Shown: piece by piece, positions 11,158-27,933 of the stretch | How the letters are laid out: every line of letters starts with the position of its first letter | How positions within the stretch are numbered: the stretch's first letter is position 1 | NCBI GenBank assembly: GCA_028534125.1 | Contig: CM052832.1 | Coordinates: 16,122,001 to 16,182,000, forward strand | Direction: 5' to 3' | From: Lama glama | Lineage: Eukaryota | Length of the DNA stretch: 60,000 nucleotides | Translations under genes and position numbers: made by a program | The notes under the pieces: model-generated | Database searches by the model: none | What the model saw: only the letters and a program-made list of their open reading frames with translations | Told to the model about the DNA's origin: nothing

Positions 11158-12158
11158 GCTCCCCTCCCGGCTACCCCCCACCTTCTCCACACCTACCAGC
11201 CCAGTGGGCCTGAAACCAGGCCAAGCCCTGTTCCTCATTTCCCCCCCTCCCCACTTGTTCTCCTCTTTGGAGTCTTCGACTTTTGAAGTGAACGTGGTTA
11301 TAGCACTGCCCCCTGCCCCCTTTCCAGCCCCACCACGGACTCTCTTGCCTAGGTGCAATCTCCCCTCTGACCCCCACCTTCTGTGCCATCTTGTGTGTGG
11401 GACAGTTGCCTCCCCCTCATCTCCAGTGGCTCAGTCTACACCAGGGTAGGAACACTCCATCCTGTCCCCAGTGGACCCTCGTCCTTTGTGGTCCTCTCTC
11501 CCTCTCCACCCGACATTGGCCAGTGGACTCATCTATTCTGTGGAACAATTCCTCACCCCCAAGTCCAGAAGTCTATGGATTCAGTGGACTCATCCATTTG
11601 TGAGGACTCCTCACACTGGCTGGAAGCCGATGCCTGGAACATTCCTCTCAGGCTTGTACTGGGAACATTCCTCAGCACCTTCACCCTCCCTCCTATGGAG
11701 CCTCCTGTCTGTGGAGGCTGGACTTTTCTCACTCAGAGGTCTCATCCCTGCCCTTGTCCAGGTGTCCAGGGTTGAGCACACTCTTGGAGGCCAGTTTGCT
11801 CTCCACATTTCTGCTTCCCCTCATCCTCTTGGTACATTCTTCAGTGGTCCTGGCCCCACCCAGTCCCCTGCAGCCCCTCTGTACCATTCTAACCAGACAC
11901 GGGAGGAGGCAGATGTCAATGCTGCTTTCGTGTCTCCCTGGGGTGTTGGAGAAAGGAACTGAACCCTGGCTGGAGGGGATGGGAGGGCTTTTAATTTATT
12001 TCTCTTTCTTTTGGGGCTTCCCCTCTCTGAGCCAGTTTTCATTTCCTCCCTGTGGCATTAGCCACTTTCGGCCCCCCCACCCCAGACCTGTGCCCGCAAC
12101 TGGGGAGGTGGGCTGGGAGCAAAAGGAGAGGCTGGGACCCAGGTTTGCGTGATTGATT

Positions 12159-12164
12159 TTTATT
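12159..12164 (-). terminator. EGFL8: EGFL8 polyadenylation signal AATAAA
   Basis: TTTATT on the + strand, about 300 nt past the EGFL8 stop. Confidence 0.7.
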
Positions 12165-12193
12165 AATTATCTGGGTAACAGCAAGAAACCAAG

Positions 12194-12199
12194 AATAAA
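12194..12199 (+). terminator. AGPAT1: AGPAT1 polyadenylation signal AATAAA
   Basis: AATAAA about 1 kb after the stop, followed by a GT/T-rich downstream element (ctggctgtgtttgtt). Confidence 0.75.
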
Positions 12200-12464
12200 G
12201 ATTGAGAGCGAGATGGGCACTTTCTGGCTGTGTTTGTTAAAGAGTTAAAAAAGCAGTTCTCACCCAGGCATCTGCCCCAGCCGGAAGACTCGGCAGGCCA
12301 AGACAACCTGCCTGCCTTCTCTCTTCCGCTTTCCAAAGTTTCCATTGTTCGTTGCTCCTTAGTGGCAGATAGCCTTATCTGCAGCTCCCCAGCCGCGAAT
12401 CTTAGAGGATTAGTGGGTCCAGTTTCTGTATAAATTAGGGGGGCAGGGGCTCTGCAGAGGCTCC

Positions 12465-14386
<1,922 letters not shown>

Positions 14387-14843
14387 TTAATGGAGGCCCT
14401 TTCCCTCTCCTGTTAACTTCTCCAGTGCTGGCCCTTACAAGAGCAGTCAGTCTGCAGGTTCCCTTTAAGGGGGCCAGGACATACATTTGCACACCTGCAT
14501 GTACATTTACCACCACCCCTTCCTTTAGCACATCATCGTCCATGCGGCATCATACAAGCTCACACCACGACACGCACCCTCCACCTTCCTTCATGGCCCT
14601 GTCTTGCACCTGCCCTCTTCTAATCTTCCTACTTTCAAAGTCTCAGTCACCCCTTCACAACTTGTACACAAACCCATACACCTGGACACACCGCCTTAAA
14701 CACATTCCTGCTACCCTCACACACCCACACCACCACACACACCCTGGACCCACTCCCCTTACTCAGACAACACCCCCCAACTCACACTCACTCTGAGACT
14801 CTGAGTGACCCCCTACTCTTTCCCATTGACATTCTCTCCCCAC

Positions 14844-14925
14844 CTGTCTTTCCCTTTCTTGGGAGACTTCAGGCCGACCAGCCACAGCAGCAACTCAGAC
14901 TGGTGGCGGGCCAGGCGGGCTGCAA
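14844..14925 (-). other. EGFL8: Probable non-coding exon 1 of EGFL8
   Basis: Donor CAG|GTGGGG at 14843 and GC box GGGGCGGGG at 14932-14940 just upstream. The exon 2 acceptor is at 14370. Confidence 0.5.
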
Positions 14926-15868
14926 AGGAGAGGGGCGGGGCCAGACAGAGCCCTCCCAATCCTGCCCCCTCCCACAAGCTTCCTCCATCGCTGGAGCGCA
15001 GTGAGTTCACTGGGGTCCAAATCCCACCACCTTCACCCACAGATGAGCAAAGGGTCCACTAGAAGTCTCTTCTCAACCCTCTGAGGCCCCTTATTTCTGG
15101 CCCAGCCCTCCAAATCAGCAGAAGCTACTGGCTTTATAACACCAGCCGTATCCTTGGCCCTTGCCCCCCACCCTTCAACCCAACACAGCCTAGGGAAGAA
15201 TTGGAGGGGCAGGGATAGGCAGAGCTGGCAGAGAACAAAGTGGGGTCAGGTCATGGGAGAAAGGCGAGATAGGCTGAGGAAAGAAAGAAGGGCAAGACAC
15301 CACAAAGCAGGGTGGGAGGGGGGCTGCCCAGGGCACTAGGGGAAAATTGCCCCTATTTCTTGATGACATTTGTTAGTGCCTGGGGAAGGGTGCAGAGTTG
15401 AGTCAGCCACCACCCCCCATGCCAGGGCAGACAGGGCCTTATTGTCTCCACCAAGATTCCTTCTTTCAAGGAAGAGGAGGCTCATTGTCCAGCCCCTCAC
15501 CCGGCTCTGGCCTACAAAGGTCGAAAAGGGGCGCAACAAATGCCCACCCTGACCCTCAGCCCCCTCATCTAGCCTGGGGGTGGCCAGCACATTCCACCCA
15601 TGAGGCTGGGGCACAAACCACTGGAGCCCTGGGCTCAGCCCCCCAATCATAGGCTGGGACAGGAAGAGAATTGTCCTCAGCAGGAAAGACCCCACAGAGA
15701 ATCAGGAACCCACACAGAATGGGCATTGAGTGAGCGGAAACACTAAGGGGGTCCCACCCCAGACCAGGCATCCGGGCACCTACGCCTCAGGCTCTCCATC
15801 CCCACCCTCCCTAGGAGTCGGGTCCTCCTCACCTGGAAATGAGTCAAACCACTCTGAGTAAATGAAAC

Positions 15869-15874
15869 TTTATT
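15869..15874 (-). terminator. PPT2: PPT2 polyadenylation signal AATAAA
   Basis: TTTATT on the + strand about 650 nt past the PPT2 stop. Confidence 0.7.
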
Positions 15875-16524
15875 TCCATAAATATAGGGGTAACACCCAT
15901 TCAAGGATAGCTAAAAGAGGGGCTGGAGCCTCAAAGAAACTAGGCTCCCAGAGGGCACCCCAATACTGAACATAGGGACTGGGGGATCCCCAAACCTGAG
16001 ATGGGCCTCACAGGCCACAGATATTCCCCAGCACTGACACTTCAAGAACGGAACCGTCCCCATAGGGGAGCCTCAGAACCCCACTCTCATGGGTGGTCCT
16101 TCCTGGGGCTTGGGAGGGCTGACCACAGGGGAGTTCAGAGAAAAGAGAACATAGGGAAAACAGAAGCTAAAAATATCCTGAGTGGCCTGGAAGGAGGCCC
16201 CTGTGGTGGACAGGGGCTGGGTTCTCCTCCTGTACGGCCAGAGACGGGGGAGCAGCAGCAGTAGGAGCAGCCACAAGTTAAAAACCTGGTTTCTCACTTC
16301 CCAACCTTGGCTTGGGAGGATGGGAGAGCATGGAGCAACCCGCAAATGAGAGAAGAGATGGAGGAGACCAGGACTTGTCATTCACAGAGGCGCAGAGAAG
16401 GGGGCCTGGGAGCCCTGGTTGGAGGGGGGCAGTGTGGGAGCGATGAGGTGGTCACAGGCACACTAGGGCCTGATGTCCAAGGCTACCACTTGGTCTCTGG
16501 GCTGGGGAGTTCCTGAGGGACCCC

Positions 16525-19500
16525 TTAGGAGAGCCAAGGTTCAATGCAGGTCTCATAGAGGGTACGGTTGGAGTGCCAGACCGTGTGGGAGATCCCAGCC
16601 ATCGGACACCTCACTATGGCCCCCCGGGCCAAGAGAGTCTTCAACCCAAAAGAATCATGCAGATAAACCTTCAAGGAGGGTGAAGGGACATGGAAGAAAG
16701 ACACAGGGAGAGATAAAGTGAGTTCCTGCTGGTGTCCCAGACCCCTTCCCCACAGGGTGAACCCTTCAGCTCACATGTCAGTGGCAGGGAGGGCCACAGA
16801 CTGAGGTGGGACAGTGCATGCAGAAAGGGGAAGTAACTCCAGGGGACTCACCAGTTGCTCTTCCATCTCCAAGACCGTCTCGTTTGCATCATAGAAACCA
16901 AAGAAGCTACAAAGAGATTGGAGGGTAAGGAGGAGAAGGTTATCAGGAGAGATGGAGAAAATCAAGGTGGGCTAGGGTCCTTCAGGAACTCGTGGCCTGA
17001 TGGGGACATGGGCAGCAAGGAGGACACTCAAAATATTTAACTGGGTATCATGTACCTCATAAGGTGATGCATTGAGGATACAGCATCGCTTCTGCAGAAT
17101 TCCCATCAAAAATGCATACCCTGAATCTAATCATGACAAACTAGCCAACAAACCCAAACTGAGGGACATTCTATAAAATAGCCAGCTCATATGCTTCAGA
17201 AATATCAATGTCATGGCCAGAGACTGAGGGAGCTTTCCAGATTAAAAGAGGCAAAAGAGACAAGTAAAGGCAACACGTGATCATGGGTTGGATTTTGCAC
17301 TGGACATTTTTTTCTATAAGGACAATGGAGAGATTCTTGAATAAGGTCTCCAGAGTACTCTATCAATGTTCATTTCCTGATTTTGATCATTATATTGTGG
17401 ATACATAAAAGAAATGTCCTGTATATAGGAAAGAGACATGGACATATTGAAGTTTTAAGGGAAAGAGATATTGTGTCTGCAACCTACTCTCAAATGGTTC
17501 ATACACATCCTCCATATATATATGGGGGTGGGGTAATGTAATGTAAACTTGGCAAAATGTTAACATTTGGGGAAATCTAGGTGAAGATATACAAGACTGA
17601 TTTGTACTACTTTGGCAACTTCTTAAGTATGATATTTCAAAATATAAAGGTCTTAACATTCTTTAAATTAAGAAGATTTAACTGGTGTGGACACTGACCA
17701 GGATAACTAAAGACATATCTAATAGTGTTAAGTCCAGTGGGTTATGGGAACAAAGAGGAGCAGTCACTACCCTAGTTTTAGAGCATCAACAAAGGCTTCC
17801 CAGCAATGATCTTGGACTAGGGAAGGCTGTCCCAGGCAAATGGAACAGCAAAAGCAATGGCACAGAGGTAAGACACAGCTGGGTACATGGAGGTGCTGGG
17901 TTGGAGGGCTGGATCTCATAAGTATAGGAGAGCAGTAGGGGCACAAAGACCTGGATTTGAACTCCAGCTCTGCCACACGCTCCCCGCTGTGTGTGGTTGA
18001 TCATGCTGCTGGTCTTCTTTGCCCTATAATACCTCCTTTGTAGACAGGAACTAAAACACTGTGGTTAAGTCACACAGCCTGACCTCACCACTTACTAACT
18101 CTATGAATGTATAAATGTTATTTGAAAAGTACTTAGAATAATGCTTTGGGACATAAAGGTGTTATATAACCTTGAGCCATTATTATTTGCATAGGATTCT
18201 AGTAGACGTGAAATGAGATAAAAAGAAATCCCATCTCTAACCTTTATAAGGAATGTTACTCCTTCACTCAAAATCCTCCAAGATGTTCCCATCTCACTCA
18301 GAATTAAAAAAAAAAAAAAATCAAGGGCCATGGTTGGCAGGAGCCAGGGAGAAGCAGGGATGCATTTAAAGGGTTTGAGGTTTCAGTTTGGGAAGAAAAA
18401 AAAGTTCTTGAGATAGTGGTGATGGCTACACAAGATTGTGAGTGGGTGCTTGCTTCAGCAGCACATATACCAAGACTGGAACGATACAGAGACAGATGAT
18501 TAGCATGACCCCTGCGCAAGGATGACATGCAAATTTGTGAAGCATCCCATATTTAAGACTTTTTTTAATTTTTAAAAAAGAATGTGAACAGACTTGATGC
18601 CACTGAACTATACACTCAAAAAGAGTAAATTTTATACTATGTATATTTTAGGAAAAAAAAAAAAAAAAACAAGGGCCTTACTTTGCCCTACAGAGGCTCT
18701 CTGTAACTAGCTCCCTGTACCTCCCACCTGCTCTTCACACTTCCCTGCATTCTAGGCACAGGGGCCTCCTTAACTCCTCACACCTGCCCCAGGGCCTTTG
18801 GAGGTGCTATTCATCTTCCCTGGGTTGTTCTTCCCCCAGGTTGTTGAACAACTCCTTCCCTCACTTCCTTCTGCTCAAATGGCAAATCTTCCAGAAAGAC
18901 TTCTCTGGCCACTATCTTAAAAAGGCCCCTGTCGGGGGAGGGTATAGCTCTGTGGTAGACCACTTGCTTAGCATGCACGAGGTCCTGGGTTCAATCCCCA
19001 GTACCTCTGTTAAAAATAAATAAACCTAATTACAAATAAATAAATAAATAAACCTAATCCCCCCCTCAAAATTTTTTTAATAAAATAAAATAGGCCCCAG
19101 TCATACTCTAATCCCTTCCCTTACCTTATTTTATCACCACCTGGCGTATATATTTACATTTATTATGTCTCCCCCACTAGACTGTATGGACTTCTCTTTC
19201 ATTTATGGGAGCATCCCCAGGGCCTAGGAAAATGCCTGGGCACAGTGTTCAATGAGTGTTGAGTGACTAAAGTAGATCAGGTGACATTTCAGATCAGTCA
19301 TGATGATCAGAGGCAGCCACATAGTACCAGGAGCTCTGGCTTTTCCTGAGGAATAGGATAGAGGGGACATAGTCCAGGTAAGTAAAAGAGATGGTAGGAA
19401 ATGTGATTAAATGGCATGGAACTATATACGCATATTCTACCAAAGTCCATTTCCTGGTTTTAATATTGCACTATAGTTACATAGGCTGCAACCACTGGGG

Positions 19501-22251
19501 GAAACTGAGCAAAGGCTACACAGGACCTCTCTAAACTATCTCTGCAACTTCCTATGAGCCTGTAAATATTTTAAAGTTGAAAGTTTTTACAAGGGGGGAT
19601 AGTAGGGATGGAGAGGCAGTACAGTCAGCAGGGCTTAGTGACCGGCTAGCTACGAGAGGCTGGGAGATGACTCCCAGGTTTTGGTCTTGGGTAACAATAT
19701 GGATGGAGGGTAGGGGTATTAACTCAACAGAGAGTGGGAGGAGTGAGCCAGTTTCAGAAACCATATAAAAGATTGATGAGGCCTGGGGGTGTCCTGAGGC
19801 AATGTTCAAGCCACACAGTCTCTTATTACCTGGATTGCCAGGGGGTAATGACACCATCATCAGGGCCACCAATCAGCACCAGGCGGCCCACACGAAGAAA
19901 GTTCTTCCGCCACACTGCAGGGTGGGAAGAAGAGAGCCTTAGTCAGTCATAGGAGTCAGGCCAGGTTGGAAAGGGGAACATCGGGGCTCAGAGAAGCAGA
20001 AAATGGGTCCCAGGTAGGAGCCCAGGGTCTCACCAGTGGCATTGGGATGGTCTCTTTCTCCATTGATCAGGGCCAGGAAGCTGCTGGCATTGAGGTACAA
20101 GTCATCATGGTGGGGGTCTGGGTACAAACAGCAGTTAGAAAGACAGTCAGAAGCAGGGAGAGGAGGCAAGACCAGAGGCTAAAAGAACAATCAAGAGGCT
20201 ACAGTAATAGACAAGGTGAATAGTAATACAATGGTATCAATAATAATAATTGTAAACATGCTAGCAAACATCTTTAGCACCTACCATGAGCCAGATACTA
20301 TTCAAAGTACATTACATTCATTCGTTTATTTAATCCATATCTACCCTATAAGGGTATGTACTATATCATTATTTTAGATGAGGATATATAAATGTCATCA
20401 TTATAAATGAGGAAAACTGAGTCACAGAAAGCCTGAGAAACTTGCTCAAAGTCACCCAGCAGGGCCAGGCTTCCAACCCAAGAAGTCTGGACCCAGTATC
20501 CATGGTCTTAAAAACTATACGAGGCATTTGCAAACTATGACTCATTAGCCAAATCCAGTTCACCATTTGTTTCTGTAAATAACTTTTTATTGGAACAGAG
20601 ACACACTCATTCATCTACATACGGTCTATGGCCGCTTTCACACTACTGCAGCAGAACTGAGTGGTTGTGGTGGAGACTGGATGGCCAGCAAAACTAAAAA
20701 TATTTACCATCTGGCCCTTTAAGGACAAAGTCTGCCAACCCCTGCACCAGATTTGGCTCTCTAAGGCAGTCAGGTGATACACATAAAACGTTTTAAACAG
20801 TGCAGGTTCACACAGTAAGTGCTCAATAAATGTAAGCCACCATCATTATTATCACTGCTGCTGGTTATGGCACAGGTGGGAACAGCAGGCCCTACCCTCC
20901 AGGATGCCCTTTCCATGGAGGCTTCCGTTTGGCATGCCTTACTCACCGTGCCAGTAGTTGCAGATGGAGAATTCCTGGCCCCAGGGGCTATAGCAGATCC
21001 GGTAGAGGTTAGACCTCATGGAGGTGGGGAACAGCCACTTCAAATAGTCCGTGTCTGGCGAGAGAACAGCAGGGCCAAGTGACCCCAAACATTTGTACCC
21101 TCAAAACTCAGGGCCCCCTTATGGAGCCCGCAAGTGCCCACTCACCTCCATACTGTCCCATCTGTGGAGAGGAGAGGGAGATGAAAGAATCCACATTGTG
21201 TTCATCCATCACCGAGAGCAGTGCCCGGCACACGAGGCCCCCTGGCGGCGGAACACAACATTGGGCAGGGACTTAGGGACTGCCAGGCCAAAAGTTCCCC
21301 CATTCCACCCGCCCCCCGACACACACAATGTACATGAAGGAAACCTGGCCCGAAGAAGGCAAGCACACCCTGTCAAAACATCCCACATCTTGTAAGTGAC
21401 AGAGCCAGAATTCCATGCTGGGCTTCTGACTAACTCTAGGGTGCTCTTTACTGCCCCACTGTCCCTTATGTCCAAGACCGATGGGTAATGGATAAAGAAA
21501 GGGGCAGCAGTGCAGGGAGGACACACAGAGAGATAAGACCTAGGTGTAGAAGGAGGTCAGAAAAGGAGGGCTCGAGTACCAGGGATTTGGCTAGAGCAAG
21601 GTGGTTCATCAAAGAGAACACTTAGGTAAGGATTGAGCCTCAGATAGGGCTTAGGAGTTGGGGTGGGGAGAGGGTGCCTACCCTGGGAGTAGCAGATGAG
21701 ATGCACCCCTTGAGGGGCCTTTGCCATGATGGGGGCCACAGCCTCTCGGAACCCTTGCACCTGTTCCCACAGGGGCCGCAAACTCTCTCTCCCATCGAAG
21801 AGATCGAGCACTGTCACCACAGTCCCGGGGTGTGTCTGCGGGAAAGGGGCAATGCCGCAACTGGGGTTGGACTACGAAGGGCCTCCACACCGCCCCCTGG
21901 CCAGCACCCATATGCCTATTGTGCCCAGCTAGAACCAGGGATCTCGGCCCCCAACTTTCTCCCCGAGCAACTGGGCAGGCCCGGAAGGGCAGCTTTCAGT
22001 TCCCATTCTCCTTCCCCAGCCACTGTAGACACTTCCAAAGCCCCACAACAGGGTGTCCCCTGCCAGACCTCATTGATGTATTCCAGCAGGTGGCGGAAGC
22101 TGTACGAGCTGTCAAAGAGCCCGTGTACCACGATGACCGGCTTGTAGGAAGTCCGATGGGGCGCGGGGGCTGCGGGCAGCAGCAGCAGCAGGAATGGCAA
22201 CAGGAACAAGAACCCTGCCGGGGGGAGCCGCAGCCCCCGGAGTCCCGGCAT
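16525..22251 (-). CDS. PPT2: Lysosomal palmitoyl-protein thioesterase 2, 8 coding exons, 302 aa
   Basis: Exons 22251-22069, 21835-21682, 21241-21146, 21054-20947, 20117-20034, 19914-19830, 16906-16852, 16668-16525; 909 nt. Signal peptide, HGLFD, catalytic CYSQG Ser, GPDDG Asp and ISHT His; ends CIEPWLS. Confidence 0.97.
17075..17660 (+). mobile_element. Old L1ME-type LINE 3' fragment
   Basis: ccctgaatctaatcatga...caaacccaaactgagggacattcta...gcaactactctcaaatggttc...gcaaaatgttaacatttggggaatctaggtgaag resembles L1ME 3' ends. Confidence 0.6.
18446..18554 (+). pseudogene. U6 snRNA retropseudogene (full length, diverged)
   Basis: gtgcttgcttcagcagcacatataccaagactggaacgatacagagacagatgattagcatgacccctgcgcaaggatgacatgcaaatttgtgaagcatcccatattt aligns end to end with U6 (ACAGAGA box). 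It carries CpG-type substitutions and a small insertion and sits inside an L1M fragment. Confidence 0.92.
18934..19090 (+). mobile_element. tRNA-derived SINE (camelid Vic-1-like)
   Basis: ggggagggtatagctc(t)gtggtag...ggtcctgggttcaatccccagtacc has Pol III A/B boxes and a (TAAA)n tail. TSD aaaaaggcccctgtc / aaataggccccagtc. Confidence 0.85.
20230..20515 (-). mobile_element. MIR SINE
   Basis: aatgaggaaaactgagtcacagaaa...aacttgctcaaagtcacccagc is the MIR core. Confidence 0.7.
20521..20744. mobile_element. MER58A-like hAT-Charlie element
   Basis: gcaaactatg...ccaaatcc...ttttattggaaca...aaatatttaccatctggccctttaa...gccaacccctg. Confidence 0.75.
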
Positions 22252-22399
22252 GCTCCCGCCTGAGGAGGGGGGGATGGGGGCCTGTGAGAGAGGTGACAAC
22301 AGCCCCTCCCTTCGGAACAGACGGCTGGCAATCAAGCCTACCCTGCCGGTTCCCACACCTTGTCACAGAATATCCTACTTTTAACTTCCTCCAGTCCTT

Positions 22400-25037
22400 T
22401 CCCCACAAACGTAGACGCACACCAATGCGCAACCAAGCCCCGCCCCCAACTCAGCGGGGACTTTATCTCTAGGCCCAGGATCTTCCTAATGCATCATCCT
22501 AGCCATGCACGACCGGGGTTTCGCAAGAAAAGACCCCTGAGCAGCAGCGCAGGCCCCCTTAAGTGTGCAAACTCCCACCTGGCCTTGGTCCGCGAGCCTC
22601 GCCCCGCCCGCTGTTTACTTCTCCCCAGCCTGGAACCCACGTTGGGGAGGGGAAGGGTGTAAAGAAAACGCGCGCAGAGGAATGACGGCCGGGAGGGGAG
22701 GCTGCTCGGGGTCGCGCTTAGCCGTCACGTCCGGGGCTTTCCCTAGCAACCGTGCCAGCGTCCTCCGCAACTCAGGCCCCAGACAGGAGTGGCAATGGAA
22801 CAATCCATTGCGCCCTAAGAGCGGGGGAGGAAATAGGCGGAGCGATCTCTTTAGAGCGGCGGAGAGAGGGAGAAGCAGCAAACATATCCTGGGAACTGAG
22901 AGGTGGCCTCTTCAGGCCCTGCGGTACCAGCGACCCGGGGGTCCGATTTCTCGGTTGATTCACCCTACTTCCCAATTCAGGCGACCCGCAACGGAACACG
23001 GAGCTCTCTCCCCAGGGAGACGCTGGGGAAACAGACTGGGGAAAGGTAGTCCTCCGCATTTCGTCGTCCGCCAGAGTAGGGCTGAAGGTAGCCCGGGCAG
23101 ACCCTACCCCCAACCCCTAACCGCCCGCCCGCCCGCGCCAGGCCTGCATCTTACAACTCTCCATCCTGAAGTGCTTGTAGTGCCCTTGTCTCCAGAGACA
23201 CGGAGAGTCCTCGAGGTCCCTCGAGATAAAAGTGCGGCTTGGCCCAGTTTCTTTTGCCCTACTCTACTCCACTGCCAATATACGACCCACCCCCTGCAAG
23301 GGGACGGACGGCCTGTAGGGCCGCGCTGACTCACCCTCGCTTGGATTCGACCAATTTTTCAAGCTGAGCGAACCTCACAATCCCCCTACCCCCTGAATCT
23401 TTCGAGTTCTTTGTGGGCGGCTCCTTACTCAGACCTTCCCACCCGAATCGAACTTCTGAACTCCAGGCGTCCCGCACCTCCCCGCCTGTGACCCCTACGG
23501 ACATCCTGGTGCCTAGGTTAGAGCTTTTAGTTAGCATTTAAAAACATTTCCCTTGATAAAAGGATTTTGCTGCTTATCAGAACCCCTCCCTCTGTTTACA
23601 AGGTCTTTGCCAGTCTAAATCTTCTCCCAATAAAACCAATTTGCGCCTGAGTTATGATGATGGAGTGGCGGTAGTGGGGTTAGGGGCTCACACGAACCCC
23701 TTAGAAACCAGAACGGCGAGGATGGGGCCGTAATCTAAATCTCTGGCGCCTGGGACTGGCCCAGGCGAGCTCCTCATTTACACCTCGGTAGTCTCCTCCT
23801 GGACTCGGAGCGGAAGGACAGCTGCGGAGAACGACTGCTTCAGGCGGGTACTGGGAAGTACTAGTCTAAGGGGGGAGGATGGGGTGGGTAATAGCGACTC
23901 CGGGTAATAATGTTTTTGCAAAACGCCAACGCTGGTAAATCTCGGTAGACTGCTAATCTTCACCTCCCCTCCCCACGTACACGCTCCCGAGATGAAAAGA
24001 GCAAAATAAAAAGACTGCAATTACCGCTGTGGCCCCAGGTCGACTCAGGCAGTGGCGCAGCGTCTCGGCGGGGGTGGTGAGTGGGTGGGATTAAAGGAAT
24101 GGATCTGAACACTGAGGCCCCTGGAAACTCTAAGAAGCCCAATAAGCAAGGGGGAGGGGAGAGGGAATAAAGCACGTATTCCCAAACCTAGCTGCTAGCA
24201 ATGAGCAGTTGATTCATCCCCTCCTCCCAAAGCGCTTCACCTCCTTCGCCGTGGAGGAAGAAGGTGTCTCTATCCCCTAAGCTTTCTCCAGTCGTCCACC
24301 ACCACCACCACCACCACCACACCGCAGACCTTGCTACCTCCAAACTGCTATGAACTGGAGCCTCTCGGTTTCCCTCCCCATTCATCCCAGGCCAAGGTGG
24401 CAGGTCGAGGCCAGAACCCTGGGAACTTTCCAGGCCATCTCTGGTCTCTGCTATGCAAGCCATTTTCCCTCATACAGTTATCTCTCCTTCAGAGGGAAGA
24501 ACTAAGGCCAAGGTTTGGGAGAAGATCCTGAGATCTTACAGGGACTCTGAGGGAAGCTGAGAAGGGGGAGGCCTGACTGGTGAACCAGACCCAGAGGGAA
24601 CTGGGGTATTGAATCCACTGAGCACCTGCTCGGCTTCCTCTCATAATATAATCACTACAGCCAGTCTTGGAGGGGAAGACTCTAGAGAGTTCTTTCTCCC
24701 TCCTTCCTTCCCCTAGTCCCACCGCCTTGCCTGGTCTTGCTTGCCTCCCTGTTTCCATGACAACTCCAAAGGAGCCCAAACTGGGGGCTTGAATGCTGGG
24801 GTGAGAGGAGGAGAGAGACCAAGCGGGGGTACGTCTGAAGCACTCCCCCTCCCTCGCCTCGGTCCCTTTAAGCTCCCCCCCCCCGCTTTTCCTCCGCCCC
24901 CCGCCGCCACTGTCTTCATCTCTCCATCTCTGCGCTGCTGCCGGCTGCGCAATCTGCGCACCCAGACTCCGGTGCTAGCCAGGGACCCCGACTCTGGACT
25001 CCGGCTGCACGGATCCTGTCCCAGGGAGACCGCAGGC
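22400..25037. promoter_or_regulatory. Divergent PPT2/PRRT1 promoter region with PPT2 non-coding first-exon candidates
   Basis: CpG-rich. Minus-strand donors at 22578 (CAG|GTGGGA) and 23334 (AGG|GTGAGT); PPT2 exon 2 acceptor at 22260. RFX X-box GTTTCCATGACAAC at 24751-24764, TTTAA at ~24867 and GC boxes before PRRT1. Confidence 0.65.
24297..24323. repeat. (CAC)n trinucleotide repeat
   Basis: caccaccaccaccaccaccaccac is visible directly. Confidence 0.85.

Positions 25038-27933
<2,896 letters not shown>

Noticed and set aside
18934..19010. tRNA-like sequences (also 33055-33126 and 35233-35310)
   Set aside because: They have A/B boxes but also A-rich tails and TSDs, so they are SINE heads rather than tRNA genes.
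22720..22735. CLEAR (TFEB) element near the PPT2 promoter
   Set aside because: GTCACGTCC lacks the intact CACGTG core.
22565..23329. 254-aa ORF in the PPT2 CpG island
   Set aside because: Non-ATG start, GC-rich low-information sequence and no recognisable family.
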